From: Macrostomum lignano
Lineage: Eukaryota
Length of the DNA stretch: 64,000 nucleotides
Assembly: GCA_002269645.1 (NCBI GenBank)
Contig: NIVC01002255.1
Span: 125,510 to 189,509 of the forward strand
Direction: 5' to 3'
Part shown: positions 47,770 through 60,574 of the stretch, piece by piece
How the letters are laid out: every line of letters begins with the position of its first letter
Position numbering within the stretch: the stretch's first letter is position 1
Made by a program: the position numbers and the translations under genes
The notes under the pieces: generated by a model
What the model saw: the letters and a program-made list of their open reading frames with translations, nothing else
What the model was told of the DNA's origin: nothing
The model's database searches: none

Positions 47770-48446
47770 CTCAGACTCTCATGTCTCCTCTCTGCATTCT
47801 CGCCATTACTCTCTTCTACCTCCTCTCTACCTCTTTATTTATCTCTTCTCCCTCGTGTTTGCTCTGTACCCTCTCCTGTGTCCTCTCTTCTCTCTTATCT
47901 CTCCCCTCTTCTCTCCTCTCTCATATCTCATCTCTACTCATTTATCTATTGTCTCTCCTATACTCTCTCTCTTCTCTTTTCTCTCTCTTCGCTGCTCTCG
48001 TTTATCTTATTTTCTAGTACCCTCTCCTTTCTTATCTCCCATCTTTTTTGCTTCCTTTCTACCATCTTGATCCTATCTTCTCTCTTCTCTTCTCTAATAT
48101 CTAATCTCTTCTCTTTCTTATTTTCGCACACATCTCTTTTCTCATTGCATCTCACATCTCTAATCTCTGTACTCTTACCTTTACCCTCTTCTTTCTCTCT
48201 TAACTCTCTCATCTCTGACCTTTCATCTCTTTCCTCTCTCCTCTTTTATTTCAGCTGTACTCGTACACTCTCATCTCTCCTGTCTCCTGTCTGCTATCTC
48301 ATCTCTCTCCACTCCCATCTCATTTCTCCTCTTCTCTTCTCTCTCCCTCTTCATTCCTGCCTTACTCCCCTCTTCTCTCCGATCTGTCCTCCCTCATATC
48401 TACTCTCTTTTCTATTCTTTAACTTTTCTCTATACCTTCTTCTCTG
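47770..48446. repeat. CT-rich low-complexity tract
   Basis: Pyrimidine-rich degenerate (CT)n; the overlapping ORFs are L/S/F-biased artefacts. Confidence 0.9.
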
Positions 48447-49419
48447 ACTCATTTATGTGCCAAATCCATCGAAATCCTCTCCATAAAACTGAAATTTATC
48501 AAAACTCTTCATGAGACTGAACTTCATCAAAATTCCCTTTTGATAAACTACAAAAATATCTTTCTCTTGGAGGACTCTCACTTCTTTGGCCATCAGTCTC
48601 AGTCTCCAAATCTGAGTCCAAATGAATGGCTGTGTTATGGTTGGATCCATGCTTCAGTACTAGCATCAGTTGATGGTCAAGATTCTATAGCAATAGATTC
48701 AGCATGAGCAGTGCGCCATCGTACAAATCTTGTCTCAAGACTTCTAGTTTCTTCTTTATTTCAAAAACAGCTTCTCTTTTAGCTGACATTACTGGAGAAG
48801 AGCAATATACATGGGTTGTTGCATCTGCACCATGAATCTAATTTTTTGCATTCTGCATAGATAGATCTGTATTAGAAGCAACAAGTTCTGGGTTTTGCAC
48901 TGCCATTAACAGTCCCTCTCTGTGTGAGCTTGCTGAGCATTGGAATGGTGGTGCTTCTAGTTCCCTTGAATATGCTGCAGCTGCACCATCACCTGATCCC
49001 TGGGCTACGCTTAAGATTGCTGGTAAATTTTCTTCTTATATCCAATGCGCACTAGAACAATCAATAACTTCTCCAGTGAGTTACACAACCAAGTTTCCAT
49101 TGTGTAAAGAGCAATGGCTTTCACTCTTCAGCTGCAGAAAGGGGGAGCTGGTTGATAGAATAGTCTTCATGGCCTTTTTCATCCCACTCGCGTGTAGGAT
49201 TCAGTATATAATCAGGTGCAGGTCTATCTTTAAGTGAAGTATATAATAACTCAATGAATGACACGAGTGCACGAGTACAAATTTGCACAAGTACGAGTAC
49301 AAAGTGCACAAGTGTATATATATACAAGTTAGTTTGCCAGACATATACAGTAACAATACAGTATGTAGAGTGTAGCCTACAGGGTACAGGCTACAGTGCA
49401 GTTTAGTACTGCAGTCTGC

Positions 49420-49593
49420 AACATACATGTGCAACCTTAGGGAATCACCCAGCAATTTCTATTGGCAACACACATGTAAGTCACTATTGGACAGAATAGT
49501 AGTCACATGACTGCTCTCAGCCAATAGCGATTTACATGTGTGTGTTGCCAATAGAAACAGCCAGGTGAATCCCAAGGTTGCCCCCAAGCATGG
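49420..49593. mobile_element. Palindromic (hairpin) miniature element, copy 1
   Basis: Arms GCAACCTT.GGA.TCAC...TTTCTATTGGCAACACACATGTAA are inverted about a central GTCACATGAC (49502-49511). Second copy at 51162-51343. Confidence 0.75.
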
Positions 49594-51161
49594 TCTGCAA
49601 TGCTGCATAAGTGAATAAGTGAGTGAATAAGTGAACAATAAATCAATCGAGAAAGAGTGAGGGCAAGAGAAAGGGAAGAGAAATAAGGTACTTAATTTTT
49701 CAGTAAGCACAAGCATGCAAAGCGTGCTACCCCCCCCCCCCCCGGTCCTTCAGTATGGTGGTGCATAGGTAAGTCGCAAATCTTAGACAAAGCTAAGTTG
49801 CACTGGACAGGTGAAATTTTGAGGTTGGGCATGTATGACAAAGCATTGCAACTCTATGAAGTAAATAAAACAAAATTAAATAAATCAATACTTTACTATT
49901 TTAGCAAAGAAAATGTCTAAAATTTTAGGCGTTATTTAATTAAAGATTGGCAAAAAATTATATTTGAAACCATAATAGTTATCATCAAAAAGGTTTTCTT
50001 CCTATTACTGAAATGACTTTCTTTTGCTTATCATTAAAATGATTATCACTAAAGTATTCTTATAAGAATATTTTAAATCCTAGTAGGGTACCCAATTGAT
50101 TTCCTAATTGTCAAGTTTCAAATTTATATATATAATTCTAAAAATTTTTAATAGGGACTTAGTAAGTCCCTTGACCTATAATCTAGATCATGCTAAGTTC
50201 ATGCTATGCTAAAATGCTCTGAACTAAATATATATTCATACCAATGTAAAGTTAATGCCAACTTTTTTGCAATTGCAACAATTATAGTTTTTAATATAAT
50301 TAGTTAATTAGTTACAAACTAATTACAAGCCATGGATATGGCTATGGAAAGTTATACATTTTTTACTTTCAATAAAACTAGCTTGTAAGTCCTTAGGGTC
50401 AAGGACTAAAATAGCATTTTTATAGCATATGGGCCATTCCATATAATTATAGTTATAATATGACAGGCTATTTTTACTTATAAAATGAAATCTAAAATAG
50501 AATATACTAACCAATATTTTGAATAAAAGATTATTTTGTCAAGAATATGTTTATATAGTTTCATATAGATATCATCATTAGTATAGATGCTATTAAAACT
50601 TGAATGGCACTTATGGTTGTAACAATAGGATTTTTGACAAAAAGAAACTAAAAGGTAAAAGTCTTATAACATTTTTCATTTTTGATATTTTATAATACAC
50701 TTTAAAAAATTTGACTAAGAACATCTTTAGAAATCATACTCTTTTATTAGAATATATAAACTCAAAAAGGCAATAAAGATATAAAAGAAAAGGCAGCATC
50801 TGATGATGCATGTACTATAATTTTATCTATAGTTTGTTTCAACATTCCAAAGCTTTCTATTTGTTTTTAAAAGGTACACAACCTTAATGATGTCTTTTGC
50901 TTAGAAAAATGTCCAAATTTTTACAAAAATGACTTTTTGCCAATTGATAACATACTAATCCAACATTTTACCAACCATTTATTCTTAGGTTGTATATATT
51001 ACACATCAAAAACATTTGGCCAAAAAGTGGCTAATAAGGAAATGGCAAGCAAAAATATTGACTTTTTTTTCTATTTTCCAAATGTCTCCATCTTATCTAA
51101 AATGAGCCATATGCAAATTGTAGTTAATATAGTTGGTATAATGATAAAACATAGATATTTT

Positions 51162-51343
51162 AACATACATGCGCAACTTTAGGAATCACCTGGCTGTTTC
51201 TATTGGCAACACATGTATGTAAGTTGCTATTGGCTGAGAGCAGTCACATGACTACTATTCCATCCAATAGCGACTTACATGTGTATATTGCCAAATGCCA
51301 ATAGAAATGGCCAAGTGAATCCCAAGGTTGCATCCAAGCATGT
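51162..51343. mobile_element. Palindromic miniature element, copy 2
   Basis: Same outer flanks (AACATACATG...CCAAGCATG) and arms as copy 1. Confidence 0.75.
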
Positions 51344-52804
51344 ATTTTAATGTAGATTTTGGGACAAATAAAACTTTAATATGCATTCAATGTAAGTTTG
51401 CTAGTGATAGACTTTTTTGGAAAGATTTAAATTTCTCCTTTTTATAAGTGTACTAGGCCCTAGCTTTTACATGAGTAGATATTAGTTGTATTTTATTATA
51501 TTAGCTAAATATTATGCAAATTTTGCCCTAGCCTAAATTGTCTAAATTGAATTTAAACTGGTTTTATAACTTTACTTTGATAAAAATTGCATTTGAAATA
51601 GTGTAACTGTGTACTTACCCTCTGCATAATAAAGTTAATTAATAATATTTGTCTTTTGTTCTAATAAAACTTGAATGAAATTGACTTGTGTCCTACTTAT
51701 TCTAATTTAACATTAACTATAAGTTGCATTAGTCTGGTGGCAACAATTTCTACCAAATAGAAATAAAAAGTAAGAAATCATAAAGTAAAAAAAAGAACAA
51801 ACTAGTAGCTTAAACTGTGAGGAGACATGCCTATTCTTTGTATGATGATAGTGTTCTAATATATTCTGGTAGGATTCTAATGTATTCTGATAGCAGTCTA
51901 GTGTACTCTAGTAATGGTCTTAATTTGTATTTTGGCCTGAACTGTTTACTGGTACATGTACTATTCCAATATGGGTGGTACTAAGATCAGAGTGTCACAG
52001 TGTTACTCCTTTAATAAGTCTCTAAACTATTATGAGAACTCTTCACTTGAAAAGAAGTAACTCATTTTAACTCCAAATCTAAGAAATTAAATAAGTTGAA
52101 CTTATCAATTCATTTTGAGGAGCTTTGTGACTCTGCTCAAAGGTTTTTCCCAAGTTAGAGCTTATTTCTGACAAATTCGTTTCTATATATAGTCATCCCC
52201 TATCACAGGAACAAAAACTAGTTCCACCATTTTGTATAAACAGTTAAAATTTTGTGTTAGTTTAACTTGTGTACAAAATGTTCATTTTTCAATAATAATC
52301 AAGTAGCATTGCCTTTGTTGAAATTTAGCTATTTTGCCCAGCAATAGCAAAAAAGCATAGAATTTCCTTCAATGCTCTTTATTCCTTTTTTGCTTATGGT
52401 AGCATTTGCTAAGATTTTCAACTGCATATTACTGTTAGTAATACAATGTGGAATACAATTACAAAATCAAGAAGTTGAAGATCAAACAGTAAAATTATTG
52501 CCATTATAAGTTATTTTCCTTTCATTGGACCAATAACATCTAACAGCCTTAGGTAATATAACTGTTATACTATTTTGTTTCCAATGCTATTATAAAAACT
52601 TTATAGTAATAATTTTAATGGCACAGTGCCAGATTTAATCTATTTTGTTTTAGGCTGAACCTGCAGGTATTAAAAAACAATACAAATATATTAACATATT
52701 GCTTTTTAGTATGAACATATGCATTCTATCTTTAATAAGCATATATAAAACTCTTTCGTGCCATTGCATGTTACAAAGTTGTATTGCTAAGCCAACCTGT
52801 CAAA

Positions 52805-53716
52805 ATGAAGCAAGGTAGCCAACTTCGCTTGCATGTCCTAATCATGATTGCTGGTCACATTGCGGCATTCGTTTTGCTGACTTGTCTATCCTTTGCGCCT
52901 ATTGTGAGGTAAGACATACAATATCAAGGTTTTTTATGCAGCGAAAAGAACTTACACTTAATTAATAGGTCAGGGGTCAGTCAACTTGCAAAGCCTCTCT
53001 ATCCGTATCTGGCCCTAGGGTCCTTTGAAATTTCTTACAGAAATCCGGCCCGCTCAAGGTTTGTGTCTCTTCTCGGCTCTCCTCTCTAATCCCTTATCTC
53101 TCTTCTCTCGTCTTGTCTCTCCTCTGTTCCGCAGTCAGTCGCTTCTATCTTACCCTTGAGGTAATAAATTTCCATTTGATTGTAGGAGTTGTTTTATTAA
53201 TTGCACCGCAACCTTTCAAACTCTCCATTAAGCCCCAGCCTGGCCTGCCGCCTTGAAGAATTCGGATTCGACAGTAAAGACATCAAGCTGTTCCTATGCA
53301 GTAGCCTGTCACTGCTTGCCCTCCATCTGGGCATGCTATACGGTGTCACAGCTGTTCAGCCAGTGTGCATGCTGCCTGGAATGTGTGCTCAACTGACTGG
53401 CATATTGTGCACCGTACTGTCTATGGCTACATCGGCTGTTAGCTACGGCTTAGCTGGACGTGCCGTCTGGCCAATGGAATTAGCGGTTAATAATCTCACT
53501 GGCTGCTGCCTTGCCTTCCTATTGGCGCTCATAGTTGGCTGTGTAACTTTTGAAGCTTTCTATGTTGGTACGCTGTGGTGCTACTATAAGCAGCTGGTTG
53601 TGTCTGCTAAAACTGCTGCTAATGCCTCTAATTCCACTGTTACAGCGGCCTTGTCTCCGGCTGCCAAAGATGACAACAAGGAGAATAAAATCCTGCCATT
53701 CATTGTCTACAGCTAA
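52805..53716 (+). CDS. Predicted 2-exon orphan four-TM membrane protein (52805-52908, 53239-53716; 193 aa)
   Basis: ATG exon ending at a GTAAG donor, phase-2 CAG acceptor in frame with ORF 53201-53716, four hydrophobic segments, AATAAA ~70 bp after the stop. Confidence 0.6.
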
Positions 53717-53797
53717 ACTGCTGAATTGTTCGATTGTGAGACTATAAACAATCAAAAGTCTACAGAGTCCTTTTCAGTTTGAACAATAAAAAGTACA

Positions 53798-53912
53798 TGG
53801 TTGGTGCAAAAAGGTCTCCCGGATAGAAAAATGGTGTTTATTTAAAGAAACAAATACTCATCAACCCAGTTCAGATAAAACTCAGTTTGCTATCCAGGAG
53901 ACCTTTCTGGAC
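53798..53912. mobile_element. Short MITE-like inverted repeat
   Basis: AAAGGTCTCCCGGATAG ... CTATCCAGGAGACCTTT arms around an AT-rich core. Confidence 0.5.
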
Positions 53913-54811
53913 CATCCTGATTGTGCGTTTTTTTTTCTACAAACCAATTCTAAATTGTCATCCAAATCCACAGTTTATTTAATCCAATTGTCTCACAACA
54001 CTTGCTTTCTACATGTAAAAAGTGCTTTCAAAAATCACCACTTCAGTGCATCCCCGAAAAAGTGCCGGTGCTGTCCAATATTCTATTAAATTGTCTAGTT
54101 GAATTAAGCAAAACAGATTATAGCATTTTTTAGTTTTTACCTTTTTTCGTCTCTTTAATTTGCAGCAATAAATGTCAGAGAAAATGCGCTTCAGTTTACC
54201 AGTGCTTGCACGGCTTTAGAGCAGATAATGTGGTGTGTTTGATTTGCTTCATTTTTGTATTTCATTCCTGGCGCCATCGAGTTATTATTATGACTTACTA
54301 GTAGTATGCCCGAACCTATCAAGACAAACAAGCAAGTGTCAGACAGATGCCCCTTCTGCTAACTTACAAAGCAGGCCCTATGAAAAATGTTGCAATAGCG
54401 AAATTAGACGCTTAGTTAGTCTTGGTGTGAGGAGGGGGCGTTTAGTAAAAGCGCCACATGTGGCCCTAATAAGTTAAGATTGAGCAATTGCATCCAGTGT
54501 ACTCTTACAGGTAATTGCCCAATTAGTCTCTTGCGGGGGAGGGGAGCAATTTATATAACGATGGTATTTATGGCGCAAAATTGTTCTACAAATTGGTAAG
54601 ATAATTGCTGCCTACTCAAGTCCAAACCGGCTCCCTAATATAAAATGATAATTACCCAGTATGTGAACTTCAATATGGCACTAAGTACTTTTCTTTGTCG
54701 ATCTATGCTTTAGTAAAGGATGTATAGAATGTTTGTTATATCCTAATCATACTACTTTTATGCATAGAACCCAGAGACCTAGGTTTGATTGTTGACTCTT
54801 CTTAACAGTAA

Positions 54812-55025
54812 CGTCCGACTCACGACTGAAAGGTCGGGGGTTCGATTCTAGACCCACGTTTGTGTCATTGAACAAGACGCACAACTCTGCATTGCTGGGG
54901 TAATTAAGGGTGTGCCTGTGACTGAACAACCGTACGAAGCCTTCAAATGCGCAGCGCAATAGTTGCGGTTGAGCTGTCGGTTGCACATCAGGCCATTAGG
55001 GCAGGTGTAATCAATAATTTTTACT
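54812..55025 (+). mobile_element. tRNA-derived SINE, 5'-truncated and internally deleted copy
   Basis: GACTCACGACTGAAAGGTCGGGGGTTCGATTC head and 3' body (GCTGGGGTAATT...CTGAACA.CCGTACG...GCGCAATAG...GGTGTAATCAAT) are shared with 63268-63611. Confidence 0.8.
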
Positions 55026-55097
55026 GTTATTAGTAAAAAATTGCATTTTACATCGTCTTTTCATGCGCTTAGAAGTTTGCCTAAATCGAGCTTAATA

Positions 55098-55289
55098 ATG
55101 ATTATCCCAATTCGTTGTTTCACCTGCGGCAAAGTTGTTGGCGACAAATGGGAACAATTTATTAATATGCTGCAGGGCGGCTATGGCGAAGGCGACGCTC
55201 TGGACATGCTCAAAATTAATCGGTATTGCTGTCGCCGGATGCTGCTATCGCATGTGGATTTGATTGAGAAACTGCTCAACTATGTGTAA
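55098..55289 (+). CDS. POLR2L: RNA polymerase I/II/III shared subunit RPB10 (63 aa, intronless)
   Basis: [18 protein letters not shown]...[21 protein letters not shown]: canonical RPB10 CxxC/CC zinc-binding signature. Confidence 0.95.
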   Translation: MIIPIRCFTCGKVVGDKWEQFINMLQGGYGEGDALDMLKINRYCCRRMLLSHVDLIEKLLNYV

Positions 55290-56213
55290 ACTTTGAGCAA
55301 GACTTTTCATTTCCAATCATGCAAAATGTTTCTGGTTGGCTGATTTTAATGTTCCAAGTATCAGGTTGAATACTTGAATTTCTTTGTCAAGGAATTTGCG
55401 ACGATTGAGACTCACTGACTCTTGTAAATCGAACGTGTCAACTACTTTTCAATCGCAAAAATGAAATTTAGCTCGTAATTGGCATTTTCTGACAACTAAC
55501 GTACTAGAAAACTTGAAGTAATATTTCTGTAGAAGTATACAGATCTACAGTAAGAGTTACAACTCGCTAAAGTGAAACCAATAAGTGTTTTTTTCATGCG
55601 TTTCACCGTATTTTTGTTAACCTGGTGAACTTAATAAACAGGCAATTGAATTGGCACTTGTGTACCAGCTACAGCTGAATTGTGCGTCCAGTTTTTTAAT
55701 TCTTAGTGTAATTTATATCAGTGTGTTTATTATTTATTTCTCCGTTTATTTAGGTAAAAGAAATAAAAGTTTCAAGGTCAATATTTCGGCTTTTTACTTT
55801 GGATAGACGGTGATAAAAGTTGAAACGAATAACATGTGCTGGTCAAGTCAGATTAAACACATAGTAATAGTGTTGAGAGTTATTGTAGGTTGCTTTAATA
55901 TAGACAAGTTATAAACCGTCAGTATAGATTTGAATAAAATTGTTTTTCTCGCGATTAACATTGGATTCAAGTACTTTGTACTAAGATAAAAACTTTGGCC
56001 CTTATGTCACATTTGCCAAAAAAATATGTTTGCTGACTAAAAGTGCAGGAGGTGGCGCGTATTCTAAAGTAAAGATGCAGTGATTTTAAGGACTTGAAAG
56101 TGTGCTTCTGTTGCGTAAAAAACTGTGCCATTCGTGTTTTGATCTGCTTCGTTTAATGTTAATTCGCTTAGCCAATTAGCTGTCTCATAAAATTTTCAAT
56201 CCGGTCTCGGGTT

Positions 56214-58770
56214 TTATTTTCCACTGCTGCTGGTCATCTCCACAGGTGTCAATTTGCTCCTAGCGTTTCCGGTGCCCATATTGTTGGCGATCTCCTTCTC
56301 CCAGGCCTGGATAGTTGATGTACTCGAAGCCGCGGAGGGCACTTGGCCTGGCATGGAGGTAGGCTTCGTAGGCGCTGCTTTGTTGTTCGCGCCTGACCTA
56401 CTCCGAGCCGAAGCCACAAAGCGCGCTACGGCTGTTGTCAGGGCGCGGCTCTGCATGAATTTGGTCTTCCACTCGATGCGCTCCTTGTATCCTTGATAGG
56501 CTGTGCGCAGCTCGGCTGATATAACAAACATTAGTTCGAATAGTTCGCAAATGGTTAGAACAGACATGCCTAAGTACAGACCGAGAATGCCGCCAATGTC
56601 TGAGAAAAGATTCGACAGCATGTAGGCCTCTACTTCCTCCACCATCATGCTGAACGAACGATAAGCGCCTAAACTGATTTGGGCAAAGTTGCTGGCAAAC
56701 TTTGTCTGAACCTGCAGATTTAAATCGGGTAATTATGGCAAGTTAACTGCAGATGCACCATTGTTTCCATCGCTTGTTTGTGAATGAAGTTTTTAAAAGT
56801 GCTTTTTATTATGTCTGGCCTTTGTATCATCGTATATATCCACTTGTCTCCCGTACTTAGTTTATTTTGCCACTTAACATTCTGGACCAATGCTAGCTAA
56901 GCTGCTGTATTTCTTTAATTGCTCCCCAATTCTATTAATCGAGTCTTGAGAGTTAGACAGGAATAAGTAATTCTTATTCACCTCATCGGCCGTTGTTAGA
57001 TTGTTCCTAAAATAGTAGAACACATCTGGCACTGTATAGTTCATTTCCAGCATCCGATTGATGTGGTCTTGCATAATGTTATTCTTGCAATACACAGCTA
57101 AACTGTTCAGTGGCCAAGAAGCCATTGATAGTATTGGCGTGTAGATTCTTTCCTTGCAGTTGTTTACACACTCCGTCATCTCGTTAAATAGCGTGCTCTG
57201 CCTCAAAAGATAGTCGTATTCGCACTGCGTTCGGCGTTTGAATTCCGTCGCATTGGTTGCCATGGAGATGTAATGACATTTCGTACCGTTAACAACCTCC
57301 GTGGCGTTGGCGTAGGCTGGCGCTACTCCGCTTGACAGGCACTTGCAGTCATTGAGAATCTTTTCTAATAGCTGGCGGTACTGACAGTCCTGCTTGCCTT
57401 TGACAAACTTGATCCGGTTCTTCACCGCGTCTTCGTAGTAGACGGACTGGTCGTCCGGATTGCACTTCTTTGAGTTGCGGCTCACGTAACTAACAACGAA
57501 TAAGGTGGTTCAAAGACGTTGCCGCCCGGGTGAATGGGAATATGAAAGATTAAAAGAATATTAAATTGCATCCTGTTTATACCTTGCTTTGAGCGATTGT
57601 CTTTTTGGTTAAAAAACAATAAGACACCATTTCTCAATAGATCTATATTACAAAAGCTACAAATCTACAAATCTAGAACAAAGGCATGAATTTCCCAAAT
57701 CAAGCGTGTTTATATGCGCTTACTGATATTCAACCATCTCAAAGTCGACGTATGAGTGCACGCCTGGCGACAGGTTGATGTAGTCTCGCGGAAAATGATC
57801 CTTTTCACCGTAGAACAATATCGCTCCGCCAGATTTGGACACATCGTAGATGCCTTCGTAGGTGACGCCGGCTGTCAGGCGACCGTAGATTGTCAGGGAC
57901 TCCGGATTGCCAAGCACTGGGTAATTGTCCGTGAAAAGTACCTGTAGTACAATGAAATCATCATAGTTACATATACATTTGAACTCAAGACAGACCCAAA
58001 CCTGTTCGCTGTCTGAAGTCTTTACCCTTCGTCAGTGAAGCCACTGAGTTCTAGAACTCATCTTTAGGTGTGATCGCTTTCACATTCTATTCTTGCTGGT
58101 CTTTAGAAATCAGTCTCTCTTCATAGAAACCCATCTTTGAAAGAAACATTATTATTGGACTTACCAGCTCAAGCGAAAACTCTGCTATTTCCTTAGTCTG
58201 ATTTAGTAGCGTCGCTGACGGCGAAAATCTGAAGCAATTTCCATATTCGCTCACCCAATAGTTTTCAAAATCAGTAAACGAACAATTGTAGCCTTTGTAC
58301 GTGCACTTCACTATAAAATATTCCTGCCTAGTGCCAAGGTATCTCAATAAAAAGCTCGGATCGAACATGTCCTTGGCGATTGGCATGAGGGTCTCGTACT
58401 GGCCACCTAGGCCAACCATCGTGCTGATGTAGGCCAGCTGAGCGGCCGATGAGTACAGATTGGCGTAGACACTCGGATGCTTGGCCACGGTCTCGTAGTA
58501 GTTTGAGTAAGAAATCGGAGTCACTCCGCAGACGGTGATGTCGGGCGTCTCAAATGGAATCGCGCCGGGACTGATGTTGGCAGACACTGGGGTGCTCATG
58601 AAGGTCAGGACCAGTTGCGACAGGTGATAGCTGAAGCCGCCTAGCGCTGTTACTAAAAACAGCGTCCACATTAGCTTCACTGGCAGCGATTCGCTGCTGT
58701 GGATTCTGCTGAAGCCGTGCGCCGTTGTTGAACGGACGAAGTCCGATATACCCTGAACACTGATCTCCAT
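56214..58770 (-). CDS. DEG/ENaC-family ion channel subunit; exons 58770-58165, 57941-57724, 57489-56982, 56711-56214; ~609 aa
   Basis: N-terminal STTAHG motif, TM1, GNCFRF, Cys-rich thumb, S.ASWP, and TM2 SDIGGILGLYLGMSVLTICE. GT-AG junctions give 1830 nt in frame; the exon 3 donor is the least certain. Confidence 0.9.
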
Positions 58771-59334
58771 TTAAAGAGATCGAATTGGACCCGTGTGTGT
58801 TAGAGTTCGATCTAAATGCCTACTATAGTTTCTAGTTCGCTTTTTTATCTCAGTCCAACGCGATGGTCCGTTCAATTGCTCTTCGCCCAGATTAAATACT
58901 CTTAGTAAAACGTCAGGTGCCACCCATATTTGTCTCGTTGCGACCCAATCAAATTAATGCATGGCTTTGTATTTTGCAACATTGGCGCACTATAAACAAT
59001 TGGTTGTCAATGGTTACGGATCTGTCTCTTGTTCACAGGCACTGTAGATCCGCAGGATTTTCCACGAAATTACTGCAAGTAGCTTAGCCTATCAAGATGA
59101 AATTATCAGGAAGTCTGTACTTTGTTAGAATCAAATAGAAACGATTGTATTTTTAGTCTTATAAACTTATTGATGAGTTTTCTTTATGCAACAAAGCTTC
59201 CTAAAGTTCTGAAAGGAATACGAGGTCTTCTTGGGAACTAAAAAAGCAAAATATTCAAATCCAAAGGTTTGCTCATTTGAAGGCGTTCAAACTGGAATCG
59301 GACAGTCTGGCGAAACTTTTGTCTCCTGTTGGGG

Positions 59335-59796
59335 TCAGCAGGGACTGCGGTCGCGCACGTCCCGGAGCCTGCAGCAGAGTTGCTGGCCCTCAGCACGACT
59401 GACACCAGCTGAATAGTTCGCTGCTGCTACAGACTCGAAATTCCCCTGCTGGTCTCCTCCAATAGAACCGCCGCCGCCTTGAAAGCAGTGCGCAACGTGT
59501 CTGCGCTTATTAACGCAAGCTAGCGATACTAGAATAAGCGCAGACAGTGGTACAATGACAAAATAGTAGCTATGAATTGCTCGTCCAATGCCGACATGCT
59601 GATCGTTGCTATCATCGACAGTATTGATGTCGTCTGGGTTGCTTCTCATTGTCGTTGTCAGCTCAAAATTGTTGTTGGTTGTAATGTCGGGCTGGTACTT
59701 CTGCCTTCTTGACGAGGCCAGCAGTGACTCGGTTCTATAAAATATTGCTGTCATCAACAGCATGGCAGCTTGCAGCTTCCAAGACAAAGATTTCAT
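59335..59796 (-). CDS. Possible small type I membrane protein (~153 aa)
   Basis: Signal-like MKSLSWKLQAAMLLMTAIFY, T/N/D-rich stalk, TM YYFVIVPLSALILVSLACV followed by NKRRH. No recognisable domain. Confidence 0.45.
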   Translation of the reverse strand: MKSLSWKLQAAMLLMTAIFYRTESLLASSRRQKYQPDITTNNNFELTTTMRSNPDDINTVDDSNDQHVGIGRAIHSYYFVIVPLSALILVSLACVNKRRHVAHCFQGGGGSIGGDQQGNFESVAAANYSAGVSRAEGQQLCCRLRDVRDRSPC

Positions 59797-60574
59797 GGCT
59801 TGATCAAAAGGGAACTTTTTCTTCAATTTTTGCAAAGCTGATTTGAGTGGTTCTCTGGCATATTTGTTCCTAAGAGATCACGGACAGTTTTCCCTTAGTC
59901 ACGACCTATCCTTCTGCGCTTTTATGCATCTCTTTCGAAGGCTTTTTTCTTTTCCCGGTAACTAGCCTGGGGGAGGGCATAAAGAGAGCGCATAAAAGTA
60001 TGCATGTATTAATCCTCTCTCCGGCTCGAATCTTGCTGATGATCAGGCTGGCGTTTCCTCGAGCTTCATCTCTTTTCTTTGATTTTTAAAAGTTTATATA
60101 GCTAGCTTTATGCCAAAATTAATTGGCATCTATCAGAGCCTACGTCTTTTAGGTTGTGTTTATCTGTAAATCTATTCCAAGTCTTTCATGTCATTTTCAA
60201 GTATATGAGCCTGCAGACGCTTCTTTAACTCCGTCAGGGAATATAAAGTGCATCAAAAAATTGTAAATCAAGAGGCATGTAGGTAGAGTCCTGCATATTA
60301 AGTTTAGTGCCGTAAACGAGGAAATGAATGAGCGAAATCTTCTTAGTCGGCTGGAATTTGGAAATAAGAGATGACTTTTTTATATTCTGACTGTAGTAAA
60401 TTCCCGTCAGAAGTTTTACTAAGCAAAGCGTACGAGCTAATTACTGTCTGCACAGATTTCCAATGAAATTTTCTACCCAGAATATTAACCTTTTTACTCA
60501 TAGTAGCATTCTTAGAGTGTCAAAGCTTTATTTTAATTCTGATTAATTTATCATTATCTAATCTGCATGAAATG

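Noticed and set aside
46970-48447. Lys/Arg-rich and Leu/Ser-rich ORFs
   Set aside because: Products of purine/pyrimidine low-complexity tracts and a 21-bp repeat.
48453-49200. Possible decayed coding sequence on the minus strand
   Set aside because: Multiple stops and no recognisable motif; cannot be assigned.
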